A DNA stretch of 64,000 nt from Ruminococcaceae bacterium UBA3753. Its GTDB lineage: Bacteria > Bacillota > Clostridia > Oscillospirales > Acutalibacteraceae. Numbering within the stretch: the first letter of the stretch is position 1; each line of letters starts with the position of its first letter. This document shows positions 8,945 to 17,859 of the stretch, in pieces. The position numbers were made by a program, and so were the translations under genes. The DNA is taken from NCBI GenBank assembly GCA_002372375.1, contig DFGJ01000021.1, positions 62,394-126,393 of the forward strand, given 5' to 3'. The notes beneath the pieces were generated by a model, which worked only from the letters and a program-made list of their open reading frames with translations, ran no database searches and was not told the origin of the DNA.

Positions 8945-10618
8945 ATGTACAGGGCTCTTTACAGAAAATGGAGACCTAACAGGTTTTGTGACGTCATTGG
9001 GCAAGAATGCAGTACGGAAATACTGGAAAGTGAAGTCTTGTCCGATAAGATTGGTCATGCTTACCTTTTTATAGGGCCACGGGGTACAGGAAAGACTACA
9101 TGTGCAAGGATCTTTTCAAAAGCAATAAATTGTACTAATAGTGAATCTAGTGAAAAACCGTGTTTCGTTTGTAAGAACTGTACATTGGCAGAAAATGAAA
9201 CACTGCAGGATATAATTGAATTGGATGCTGCAAGTAACAACGGTGTAAATGATATTCGAGAAATATGTGAATCCACACGGTTTACGCCTGTTGTGTGCAA
9301 GTATAAGGTTTACATAATCGATGAAGTTCATATGCTCTCTACGGGTGCTTTTAATGCTCTTTTAAAGACTCTAGAAGAGCCGCCGGACCATGTAGTTTTT
9401 TTATTAGCTACTACCGAAGTAAACAAAATTCCACCTACCATATTATCTCGCTGTCAAAAATTTGAATTTAGAAAAATTTCTGTGGAAAAAATAGCAGAAA
9501 GGTTGATCTTTGTAGCAAATAATGAAAAAATAAATTTAGAAAAAAAAGCTGCCGTTAGTATAGCTGACTGTTCTGATGGTGCCATGAGGGATGCTCTTTC
9601 TATACTGGATAAATGTGCCTCAGTTAGCAATGATGTAACAGAGGAATTAGTTTGTAAAACTTTAATGATTGTTGATGAAGAATCGGTTTTTAAGCTGCTT
9701 GAGTGTATTGTGAACAAAAATTTAAAAGATGCTTTTGTGCAGTTAGCAAACGTAGAATTTTTGTCCGACAGTGTTTCCGATTTGTTTTCCAGACTGATTT
9801 TTATGTTCAGGGATCTAATGATATCAAAATCTGGGGTTGATGTTAGAAATATTACAAATTTAAGTGGAAGTTTGATCGATAAAATAAAAAAAGTATCCAA
9901 TAATATAAGCTTAAGCAGTATTCTTTCAATACTAGATAAATTGCAGGAGTATGCCCAAAAGCTGCCATATGCGCTGGATAAGGAACTTTTATTTCAATCT
10001 GCATTAATAAAAATATGTGAAGATCAGTATCCAAATTCTGGTATCAAACAGGATGTTGCTTGTGAAAGATTGCAGTTGGAGAACAGACTTAGTGTTATAG
10101 AGAATGAACTGAAAAAGGTGCAATCTAGCAAAGAAAGTTTAATTCCAATTAACGAAATGCAATCTGAAAAACGGAGTGTTTCGAATGATGATGCTGTGCA
10201 AACTCAAAAGATAACCAGTGAGAATTTAATAAAAAATGCAAAAAAAATGGAGAATTGGTCAGAGGTTCTAGAAATACTCAAAGGCACATCACGTACTGTA
10301 TACAGCGCTTTTAAAGGTTCAAGTGCGTACATAAGTGATGGTTATGTCCTTATTGATTCTCCAGCAAATTTGGCCTTTGACTTATTAAAAAAATCTGTAC
10401 AAAGAGATAAAATTCGAGATATAATAAAAAAGGTTACGGGAAGGCATTATAGACTTGGTCCTTACAAAAAGCTGGTTGGTTCAGAAGGTGTTGTAGGGAA
10501 GGTTGGGACCTCTCTTGTAGGTACTGGGAGTAATGGTAGTGAGTCAGATCCGCTCAATGTTTTTATCAATAGGGCGAGGGACTTGGGGATTGATGTGGTT
10601 TTAAAAGGCGGAGATTGA
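8945..10618 (+). CDS. dnaX: DNA polymerase III subunit gamma/tau
   Basis: MYRALYRKWRP..F.DVIGQE, Walker A GPRGTGKTT, a Cys-rich zinc module CFVCKNC, DEVHML, and SRCQKFEF. Confidence 0.92.
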   Translation: MYRALYRKWRPNRFCDVIGQECSTEILESEVLSDKIGHAYLFIGPRGTGKTTCARIFSKAINCTNSESSEKPCFVCKNCTLAENETLQDIIELDAASNNGVNDIREICESTRFTPVVCKYKVYIIDEVHMLSTGAFNALLKTLEEPPDHVVFLLATTEVNKIPPTILSRCQKFEFRKISVEKIAERLIFVANNEKINLEKKAAVSIADCSDGAMRDALSILDKCASVSNDVTEELVCKTLMIVDEESVFKLLECIVNKNLKDAFVQLANVEFLSDSVSDLFSRLIFMFRDLMISKSGVDVRNITNLSGSLIDKIKKVSNNISLSSILSILDKLQEYAQKLPYALDKELLFQSALIKICEDQYPNSGIKQDVACERLQLENRLSVIENELKKVQSSKESLIPINEMQSEKRSVSNDDAVQTQKITSENLIKNAKKMENWSEVLEILKGTSRTVYSAFKGSSAYISDGYVLIDSPANLAFDLLKKSVQRDKIRDIIKKVTGRHYRLGPYKKLVGSEGVVGKVGTSLVGTGSNGSESDPLNVFINRARDLGIDVVLKGGD

Positions 10619-10642
10619 TTTTTATTTCGGGAGAGTGTTGTC

Positions 10643-11002
10643 GTGAAAGCGAATTTGCCAAAAAAGTTTAGGGGTGGTGGGCAAAGTAACCCCCGTGAGG
10701 CCCTTCATCAAGCGCAGGTAATGCAGAAAAAGATGGAAGAATTAATTTCTGAACTTAGTAATAAGGAATATGTGGTTTCGTCTGGTGGGGGTATGATAAA
10801 GGTGACTTTGACCGGGGACATTAAGGTAAAAAGTATAGAAATTGATCCTGAGGTTGTCAACAAGGACGATATATCTATGTTAGAAGATATAGTGGTTGCA
10901 GGAGTTAATGAAGCTATATCTGTGGCGAGGTCCGAGAAAGACAAAGCCCTAGAGGAGCTTTCTGGCTCTGCTGACATTTCTGGTATGTTGGGCATGCTTT
11001 AA
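10643..11002 (+). CDS. ybaB: YbaB/EbfC nucleoid-associated protein
   Basis: 119 aa with a GTG start preceded by GGGAGAG. It has the QAQVMQKKMEE...VSSGGGMIKVTLTGD pattern typical of YbaB and lies directly after dnaX. Confidence 0.9.
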   Translation: MKANLPKKFRGGGQSNPREALHQAQVMQKKMEELISELSNKEYVVSSGGGMIKVTLTGDIKVKSIEIDPEVVNKDDISMLEDIVVAGVNEAISVARSEKDKALEELSGSADISGMLGML

Positions 11003-11049
11003 ATTTGTTTTTTATTTTCAGTTCACTTATAGGTTAGTGATTAGCGTTT

Positions 11050-12010
11050 TTGTTGACTATTTTTTTGCTAAAAGTGGAGGTTGTCCTCTTCTGGGTGTGG
11101 TTGTATCCAAACATAGAGGTTGTTTCTTGTAATGATGTGGCGTTAATGCTCTCTTTTTTGGAATTTTTCAGTTTCTTCGGTTATCTTGAGGAGTTGACAG
11201 TTTTTGTCAAAGACGGACACTGTTGTCTGCGCGGTGTTGGAGCTATTTTTTGAAATGATGCGACATTAATATTCTTGCTTGGAGAATTTTTTGGTTTCCT
11301 CAGTTGTTTTTTTGTGTTGAGGTTTTTTTGTTAAAGACGGACACTGTTGTTTGCGCGGTGCTGGTTGGAGCTGTTTTTTGAAATGATGTAGCATAAATGT
11401 TCGCGCCTGGAAAATTTTTTGGTTTCCCCAGTTGCTTTTTTGTGTTGAGGTTTTTTTGTTAGGTGTGTGCGCTGCTGGCTGCGGGCTTTTGGTTGCAGCC
11501 AAAAGTTAAAGCTATTTTTTTATAATAGTGTAGCATTGATGTTCTCTTTTTCTGAATTTTTCAGTTTCTTCGGTTATCTTGAGGCGTTGATGTTTTTTGT
11601 TAAAGATGGACACTGTTGTCTGCGCGGTGTTGGAGCTCTTTTTTGAAATGATGTGACATTAATATTCTCGCTTGGAGAATTTTTTGGTTTCCCCAGTTGT
11701 TTTTTGGCGTTGATGTTTTTTGTTAAGGATGGACACTGTTGTCTGCGCGGTGTTGGAGCTGTTTTTTGAAATGATGTGACATTAATATTCTCTCTTGGAA
11801 ATTTTTTTGGTTTCCTCAGTTGTTTTTTTGTGTTGAGGTTTTTTTGTTAGGTGTGTGCGCTACTGGCTGCGGGCTGTTGGTTGCGTCTGGCATAGAAGTC
11901 GTTTCTTGTAATAATGTGGCGTTAGCGCTCTCGTTTGAGGAATTGTTCAGTTTTTTCGGTTGCTTTGAATTGATGTCAATGTTTTTTCTATTGTTCTCAA
12001 GATATAAGAA
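11050..12010 (+). repeat. tandem array of ~123-141 bp monomers in a ~390 bp three-unit higher-order repeat (about 7.5 monomers)
   Basis: Unit boundaries fall after 11120, 11244, 11372, 11513, 11637, 11760 and 11900. Units 11121-11513 and 11514-11900 are colinear and highly similar, unit for unit. Confidence 0.9.
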
Positions 12011-12365
12011 TTCGATATATTGAGTTATATTTGCACTGAAAGGCTTTTGCGGGTTTGAATCTCGACTTAGATGCTCCGTATGCAGTCTAGTAAGCTAAGC
12101 TGTGAGTTTAGGCGAGGTTGTGCCTTGGGTTGTGCGCTAGTTCTTCGTTTATTTGTTTTCTTTTTATATAAGTTTAAGTATACTTTGTTTAGTGGTTTTT
12201 TTTTGAAATTCTACGAAACTCCGAAGATTGTTTTCTGTATAAGTGAGTTTTTTGTGTGTTTAAATTGTTGAACGAGCAGGGTTGTGGTAGCTATCTCCGT
12301 TATTTAAAGTTAAAAGTTCAGTTTAGTGGTCAAATTTCAGATTCACATAGTTTTAGGGTTGATGG

Positions 12366-12980
12366 ATGTTAAATATGGGCGAGTATGTAGTTGCATCTCT
12401 TAAAAATTTGGTTGAAAAGCTTAAAATGCTTCCAGGCATAGGCGAAAAATCGGCGCAAAGGTTAGCGTATCATATAATAGGTTTACAAAAAAATGAGATA
12501 AAGTCTTTTGTTGATGCTATTTTAGACGCAAAGACCAAGATTCATTTTTGCAGCATTTGTAAAAATTTAACAGACAGTGAAGTTTGCTCTATATGTTCTG
12601 ATGAGAACCGAGATGGTTCTACTATATGTGTTGTGGAGTCCCCTCAAGATGTTGTATCTTTTGAGAAATCCGGTGGATTTAATTTTAGGTATCATGTTTT
12701 GCATGGGGTGATTTCACCTTTGAATGGTGTAGGTCTTTCTGATATTTACATAGATGCACTTATAAAAAGACTTGAGGCTAACGGTGACGTTAAGGAAGTA
12801 ATAATGGCAACAAATCCGACTATGGAAGGTGAGGCTACGGCGCTTTACATAAAAAAATTACTTAAACGCTTTGATATAAAAGTTACGAGACTGGCCTGTG
12901 GAGTTCCCATCGGCGGTGACCTAGAATATACTGATAAGATGACTCTTATACGAGCACTCGAGGGGCGAAGTAGTATGTAA
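12366..12980 (+). CDS. recR: recombination protein RecR
   Basis: LPGIGEKSAQRLAYH (HhH), the C4 zinc finger CSICKNLTDSEVCSIC, and a Toprim region VVESPQDV...ATNPTMEGEATA. Confidence 0.92.
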   Translation: MLNMGEYVVASLKNLVEKLKMLPGIGEKSAQRLAYHIIGLQKNEIKSFVDAILDAKTKIHFCSICKNLTDSEVCSICSDENRDGSTICVVESPQDVVSFEKSGGFNFRYHVLHGVISPLNGVGLSDIYIDALIKRLEANGDVKEVIMATNPTMEGEATALYIKKLLKRFDIKVTRLACGVPIGGDLEYTDKMTLIRALEGRSSM

Positions 12981-13901
12981 GCATTTTTTGCTGTTTTTTG
13001 AGGAAAGCTGATTTTTGAGAAGTAAGTTATTAAAAATTGCATAAAACACCCCGATTGCTGTCACCCAATTACAGTAACAACCTGGGAAGAGTGGTCTACG
13101 AGTGAATTGCAAGGTGAATCTTCTTTGGCAAAGATAGTTCTAAAAAGATATGAAAAATGGATCATGTTACCATAGAAAGTATAGTGAAAGTAGATGATTA
13201 CTAATAAGGGATTATGTATCGCAGCAATATGGTTGTTTGGAGAGCTCTCAGACTATATTTTTTGTATATACTGTCTAAACGCCCAATTTTCTTGTTCTTT
13301 ACGTGTAGGCAATTCCTCGCGGAACTGTAAGGCAAAAAGATGAGGTTTTTTGTTCTAAAGTGTTCTACCCCGCAGTCTATAACCAAAGTGGTTGCAAACA
13401 TACGTTTCCTAAGATTTAGCAGATAATAATTAAATAATAAGAGGTCTTTATGAATTCTGTGACTTTCTATACCAGCATAACCTTTTTCTCTAAGTTGATC
13501 TACTTCTATTTAAATTTTGCGAAAGGTCGAAATATAAAGATTCGTTACTAGAACTTACACGGATACTTATATTTTACGTACTTCAGTTTAATTGAATATT
13601 CTTACTGTCTCTCAAATAAAAGACACTATGAACAATATATGTATTGATAAAATTGCGGATTTTTCTAATTTTGGCCACCATTAAAAGTAGCATCGAAATC
13701 TAATGAAAGCAAACGAACTATTTCAATAATTATTAGAACTTATTTTCTAAACCGTCAATATAATTAGTCTGGGTTGTTTAGAATTTAACAACTGCACCAG
13801 TATTAGTACGGAAAGTTACATAAAGCAAACAAAATCTTTAAATTTTTGTCGACCAACGTCAGTGTAGCTTAATTATATTTATAATTGAATTCCATAAGCA
13901 T

Positions 13902-15227
13902 TCATTGCTTTTTTGTAAAAAAATTCAATGTTGACGCTATCAAATTTTTGTGCAAATCTACTTTTATTTCTTTTTCAGTGACCGCTTTTATAGAAAAGGC
14001 ACCAAATGTTCCATAATGTTTTTCAGAGTCTTGACCTGTTACGTCAACAAAATCGTTACCAAGTAGTATATAAGATTGATCACTTTTTTCAGTAAAACTT
14101 AGAGCACTGTCTTTACCAACAACTTTGATACAAGGCGAAGAACAGTCTTTACGACCAGCATCTTTTTCGATGGATACTATTATGGCGCCTTTACCAGGTA
14201 AAATTTTTGCTGGAACATCAAGTTTTGCAGTAAAATACCCAGAATAAGGGACGGTACCAGAAGCCAGAGATTGCCACTTACTTTTATCGCTACTGGGCTT
14301 ATTCCCAAAAAAAGATGAGGTGTAGTATATCCTATATACACAACCTTCAGCGTTTGTACCGAGCGTAATCTCTTTTAAGGTCTCATTTTCACCAAAACTA
14401 AATACATTACAAGCCGTCAGATTGTCTTTTTGGCTAAACAGTCCCATATTTCCATATAGATCATGCTGATATATTTTTTCGCAAGGCTTATACTTTCTGA
14501 CATCAGTAAAAGCTGTACATTCATCTAGAACTGTGCTGTATGGGAGCGTTTTATAGTAGTTTTTGGAACTATCAAAGCTATCTTTAACTAGCCAAACTTT
14601 TTTGCTATCATTCCACCCGATCACTGAAACTGCGTGCCGGCCATCGTCACCTTTATAGTGAGTATATATCGCTCCGTATTTATCTATAGCACTTTTAATA
14701 GTATCGATATTGTTTTCAATCTCTGCGATGCCTTTAACTGAACACACAGGTAACATGTTCTTATCTAAGTTAGAAAATTCCTCATCGATCAAACTATAAC
14801 GTTTATCTTTTTCGTAGACAGGACCAGATCCTGAAATAAAATAACCACCAGGTACGGAAAAACTGTCTACACCTTCTTCGATTTTAACATGATATCCTTC
14901 CTCGTGATCATTGCGGTTTGCCCAATTTAACAAATGTTTTTCAGAAAGACTGCCACTTAAAATTCCATTCTTACACATTGCTGTTTCCAAAGCCGATATA
15001 GCAGCAAAAGCCCAACAACTGCCACTGATCAATTGAAATTTTTTGCGTAAACCTTTCTTCATTAATAAACCGAAACACGTTGTTGGAACAACTGATAAAT
15101 GATCTTCGAATTCTTCACGAATAGCACTGCAAAGAACAGAACCGGTTGAAGTCATAAGACTGGAAACGGAACCAAACACACAACTAGCGTAGGCAATAGA
15201 AAATAATGTTTTTTTCGTACTTCGCAT
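13902..15227 (-). CDS. secreted papain-like (C1 family) cysteine peptidase with a C-terminal extension
   Basis: Signal-peptide-like N-terminus. Catalytic Cys context SGSCWAFAAISALE, His context HAVSVIGWND, then WLVKDSF. The ATG at 15227 follows a GGGTGA RBS (the track start at 15236 is GTG). The C-terminal ~200 aa are unassigned. Confidence 0.75.
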   Translation of the reverse strand: MRSTKKTLFSIAYASCVFGSVSSLMTSTGSVLCSAIREEFEDHLSVVPTTCFGLLMKKGLRKKFQLISGSCWAFAAISALETAMCKNGILSGSLSEKHLLNWANRNDHEEGYHVKIEEGVDSFSVPGGYFISGSGPVYEKDKRYSLIDEEFSNLDKNMLPVCSVKGIAEIENNIDTIKSAIDKYGAIYTHYKGDDGRHAVSVIGWNDSKKVWLVKDSFDSSKNYYKTLPYSTVLDECTAFTDVRKYKPCEKIYQHDLYGNMGLFSQKDNLTACNVFSFGENETLKEITLGTNAEGCVYRIYYTSSFFGNKPSSDKSKWQSLASGTVPYSGYFTAKLDVPAKILPGKGAIIVSIEKDAGRKDCSSPCIKVVGKDSALSFTEKSDQSYILLGNDFVDVTGQDSEKHYGTFGAFSIKAVTEKEIKVDLHKNLIASTLNFFTKKQ

Positions 15228-15644
15228 AAAAATCACCCAGCAGTCATTTTATCATGAAAAATAAAAAAAGTAAACAACAACTTATATTTTTAAGTGATAT
15301 TAGGTATATTATACAAATCAGCTTTAAAACTACCCCCCCTAATGCTTATACATCTACCTAAAACACCGAAGTGCGCAAATAAATTTCATCATCTAACACC
15401 AAAAACGAAAACACCTCCACTTGCAATACGAAAAGTACAACACGCACCGTACTACCTGTAAAAATACTTTACCTAAAAACTTGCTTATAACTGGAAAATG
15501 TGCTACACGGAATCAGACAAATTTACGTCCTCTAAAAAGCACTGAAAACTTACATAAAACTGATATAAGTAAAGTCCAGAACAATTCAAATACAAGCAAG
15601 AAAGCTTTGGGCTCAGAATAGCCAATCGAACAAGCAAACATGAG

Positions 15645-17003
15645 CTAGCTAATCAGCCCCGGCGAATAATTTATAACACGCCCACTGCATCCAGGACAAC
15701 CGCCCACTCCGTCACTACCCTGAAAAAACCAATAGTTAGGATTATGCTTCGTACCACGGCCTCCTCTTCCGCCTTCTCCAGGAACAAAGGTACAATTTCC
15801 TTTGTTTAAAACTTTTCCGTGATCCGGTTCAACAAAAAAAACATCTGCACCGTTACCTCCCTTGCCACCATCACCTCCGCTTCCTCCCCATAGAAGAAAG
15901 CCAATGGGCGCATAAGCTATCTCGCCACCCTCACCACCGTCAGACGCCTTAGCTACCAAATTTTCTAAAGTCAAACTTCCACTTAAAACTTTAAACAAAG
16001 GTTTACTGCTAATTCCTGCATACCCTTTTCTAGAAAAAACAGGTCCACTACTACTATCGATGAAAGAAGCTTTCGAAGGGGTAAGACCAACTATTTTTCC
16101 TCGTATATCTCTACCATTACTAAAAATTTTCACTTTCACCGTATCGTCGTATTCATAATATGCTTCCTGCACTTTCTCTTCATACGCTGGCACCAAAACA
16201 TCATAATACCTTGTTTGAGAACTACGTTCATTCGAATCACCGCAAATTTCGGTACTTTTTCCACTATCTGTATAAATACTTTCACTTCTTCTCTCAAACC
16301 TTGGTTTGTGATGAACTGTTTTCTCTCTAAATCTTTTATCTTTTCTACCTACAATTATAGATGCATCTGGGAAAATAGACAAAGTGTGCCCATTTAAATC
16401 TAAGTTTGCTCCATCAGGCAATATAAGGTCATTTGTCACACATATATCATCAACCAGTCTAACATTAATTAAACCTTGTTCATCCTTTTTGCCTTTTTCA
16501 AGTGCATCAACCAAATCAGGATAAGTAGCTACCTTAACATAACTATTCTTATCACAAAAATTCCTCGAATAATCTGTGCCAATACTCTGATCAACACAAG
16601 AATCTACGTTATATACCACGTTGTTATAGTCATTTCTTTTACAAGAACCGCGAGGATAATCTGCACTACTTGACCAATCCATACATGAATTTACATTACG
16701 TACTGAATCGTTATAGTCATTTCTTCTACAAGAACCGCTAGAATAATCTACACTGCTGGACCGATCCACACATGAATTTACATTATGTACTGAATCGTTA
16801 TAGTCGCTTCTCCCACAAAAGTCGCGAGAATAAGCTGCATTGCTGCTGGACTGATTAACACAAGAACTTGCGTTACGTACTGCATCGTTATAGTTATTTC
16901 TTCTACAAGAACCGCGTGAATAATCTGCGCCAACGCCAATACATGAACTTTCCAGAGCAGCGGTAAAGAATGGTATAACAAACAATTTAAAGCCTGCCTT
17001 CAT
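15645..17003 (-). CDS. secreted repeat protein: Cys-pair repeats, a beta-helix-like middle and a Gly-rich tail with RTX-like nonamers
   Basis: Signal-peptide-like N-terminus. About 4.5 repeats of ~29 aa (DYSxGSCRRNDYNDSVRNVNSCxD). LDLNGHTLSI is typical of parallel beta-helix adhesins. GGSGGDGGK-GGNGADVFF fits the GGxGxDxUx pattern. Confidence 0.6.
   Translation of the reverse strand: MKAGFKLFVIPFFTAALESSCIGVGADYSRGSCRRNNYNDAVRNASSCVNQSSSNAAYSRDFCGRSDYNDSVHNVNSCVDRSSSVDYSSGSCRRNDYNDSVRNVNSCMDWSSSADYPRGSCKRNDYNNVVYNVDSCVDQSIGTDYSRNFCDKNSYVKVATYPDLVDALEKGKKDEQGLINVRLVDDICVTNDLILPDGANLDLNGHTLSIFPDASIIVGRKDKRFREKTVHHKPRFERRSESIYTDSGKSTEICGDSNERSSQTRYYDVLVPAYEEKVQEAYYEYDDTVKVKIFSNGRDIRGKIVGLTPSKASFIDSSSGPVFSRKGYAGISSKPLFKVLSGSLTLENLVAKASDGGEGGEIAYAPIGFLLWGGSGGDGGKGGNGADVFFVEPDHGKVLNKGNCTFVPGEGGRGGRGTKHNPNYWFFQGSDGVGGCPGCSGRVINYSPGLIS
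16541..16925 (-). repeat. intragenic tandem repeat, ~87-90 bp x ~4.5
   Basis: The block cgttatagtcatttcttctacaagaaccgc recurs at about 16622, 16709, 16796 and 16885. Confidence 0.85.
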
Positions 17004-17859
17004 AAAAACCCCCCTATTATCATAGAAACAATAATATTTGCATTATAAACCAGAATATTTAAAGAATCAAGTTGCAAATGTAAACTTATTTATGTTTTTA
17101 AGAAATAAAACAAAAATTCAAAATTTAATTCAAACTAGTTTAAAAAGTTATTTAATTCTTTTAATAAAAATAAAAGTTCTATATAGTATAGTCGGACATA
17201 AAAAAGTGGCATTTTTTGTGAGAAAGATCAATCTAACTAGTACATTTAAACAATTACTTACCTAAGAGGTAGAGTTTTTTGTAGGTATGCAAATTTTCCA
17301 TTTCAGTAAGTTTTGGCCTAGTGCCCTATTATAGAAAGTTCATAAGATGTAGATCATCGATATTTAAACAATTTTTTTCGGTACTACGTTCTTATACTAG
17401 CCAGTGGATGGTGCTGTATCCTGGTTTTCGAAACAAATAGTATTTTTATTACAAAAGTTCAGTGCGCACCAACATGTGCTTTTTAGAGCAAAGACATATC
17501 TAAGTCTGATCCTTATGAATTTATAATTTATTAAAATATGATAATAAAAAATTAATTTAAAATATCTAAAATATTAATAAATAGTTCATATTTGTGGAAA
17601 AGTACTTTAACTCGGCATTTAAATTTAAACTGAACTTAAAACGACGATATGTCTCTTAATCAATTATTTCACCGTTTTGTAACTTAATTCTATCAATTTT
17701 TTGTTTACAGATGATTTTTCCCTTATATTCCTATTTTATGTTTAATATCGACAATTATATTCTGTTTTGCTAATAATTTCTAAAAAAATAACACCATTAA
17801 CAGACAAACCTTTCGTTCTCCTAGGCGTATAATTTCGTGTATTAAACAAATTTTGGGAG

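Noticed and set aside
9536-9546. An A8 run in dnaX (GAA AAA AAA GCT) as a gamma/tau frameshift site.
   Set aside because: It lies near codon 200, in the clamp-loader core and far upstream of where gamma/tau truncation occurs in E. coli. I know of no evidence that Firmicute dnaX uses frameshifting.
11050-12010. Could the periodic arrays (here and at 24951-25420, 29735-30320, 40304-41350, 60205-60900) be CRISPR arrays?
   Set aside because: The units are 120-240 bp and directly abutting, with no short conserved repeat alternating with unique spacers. No cas genes are present.
11050-12271. Track ORFs inside the arrays: 11050..11253, 11266..11502, 11820..12023, 12071..12271, 24993..25223, 25192..25473, 40260..40481, 58911..59105 and 60070..60318.
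   Set aside because: They are low-complexity translations with no RBS, and they repeat with the array period. They are by-products of tandem duplication. 58911..59105 is a ghost of the SerS tail, not a gene.
17747-17753. A Spo0A box (ATCGACA, 6 of 7 matches to TTCGACA) about 107 nt upstream of spoIIE.
   Set aside because: It is a single near-match in AT-rich DNA with no second box or mapped promoter. That is insufficient to call.
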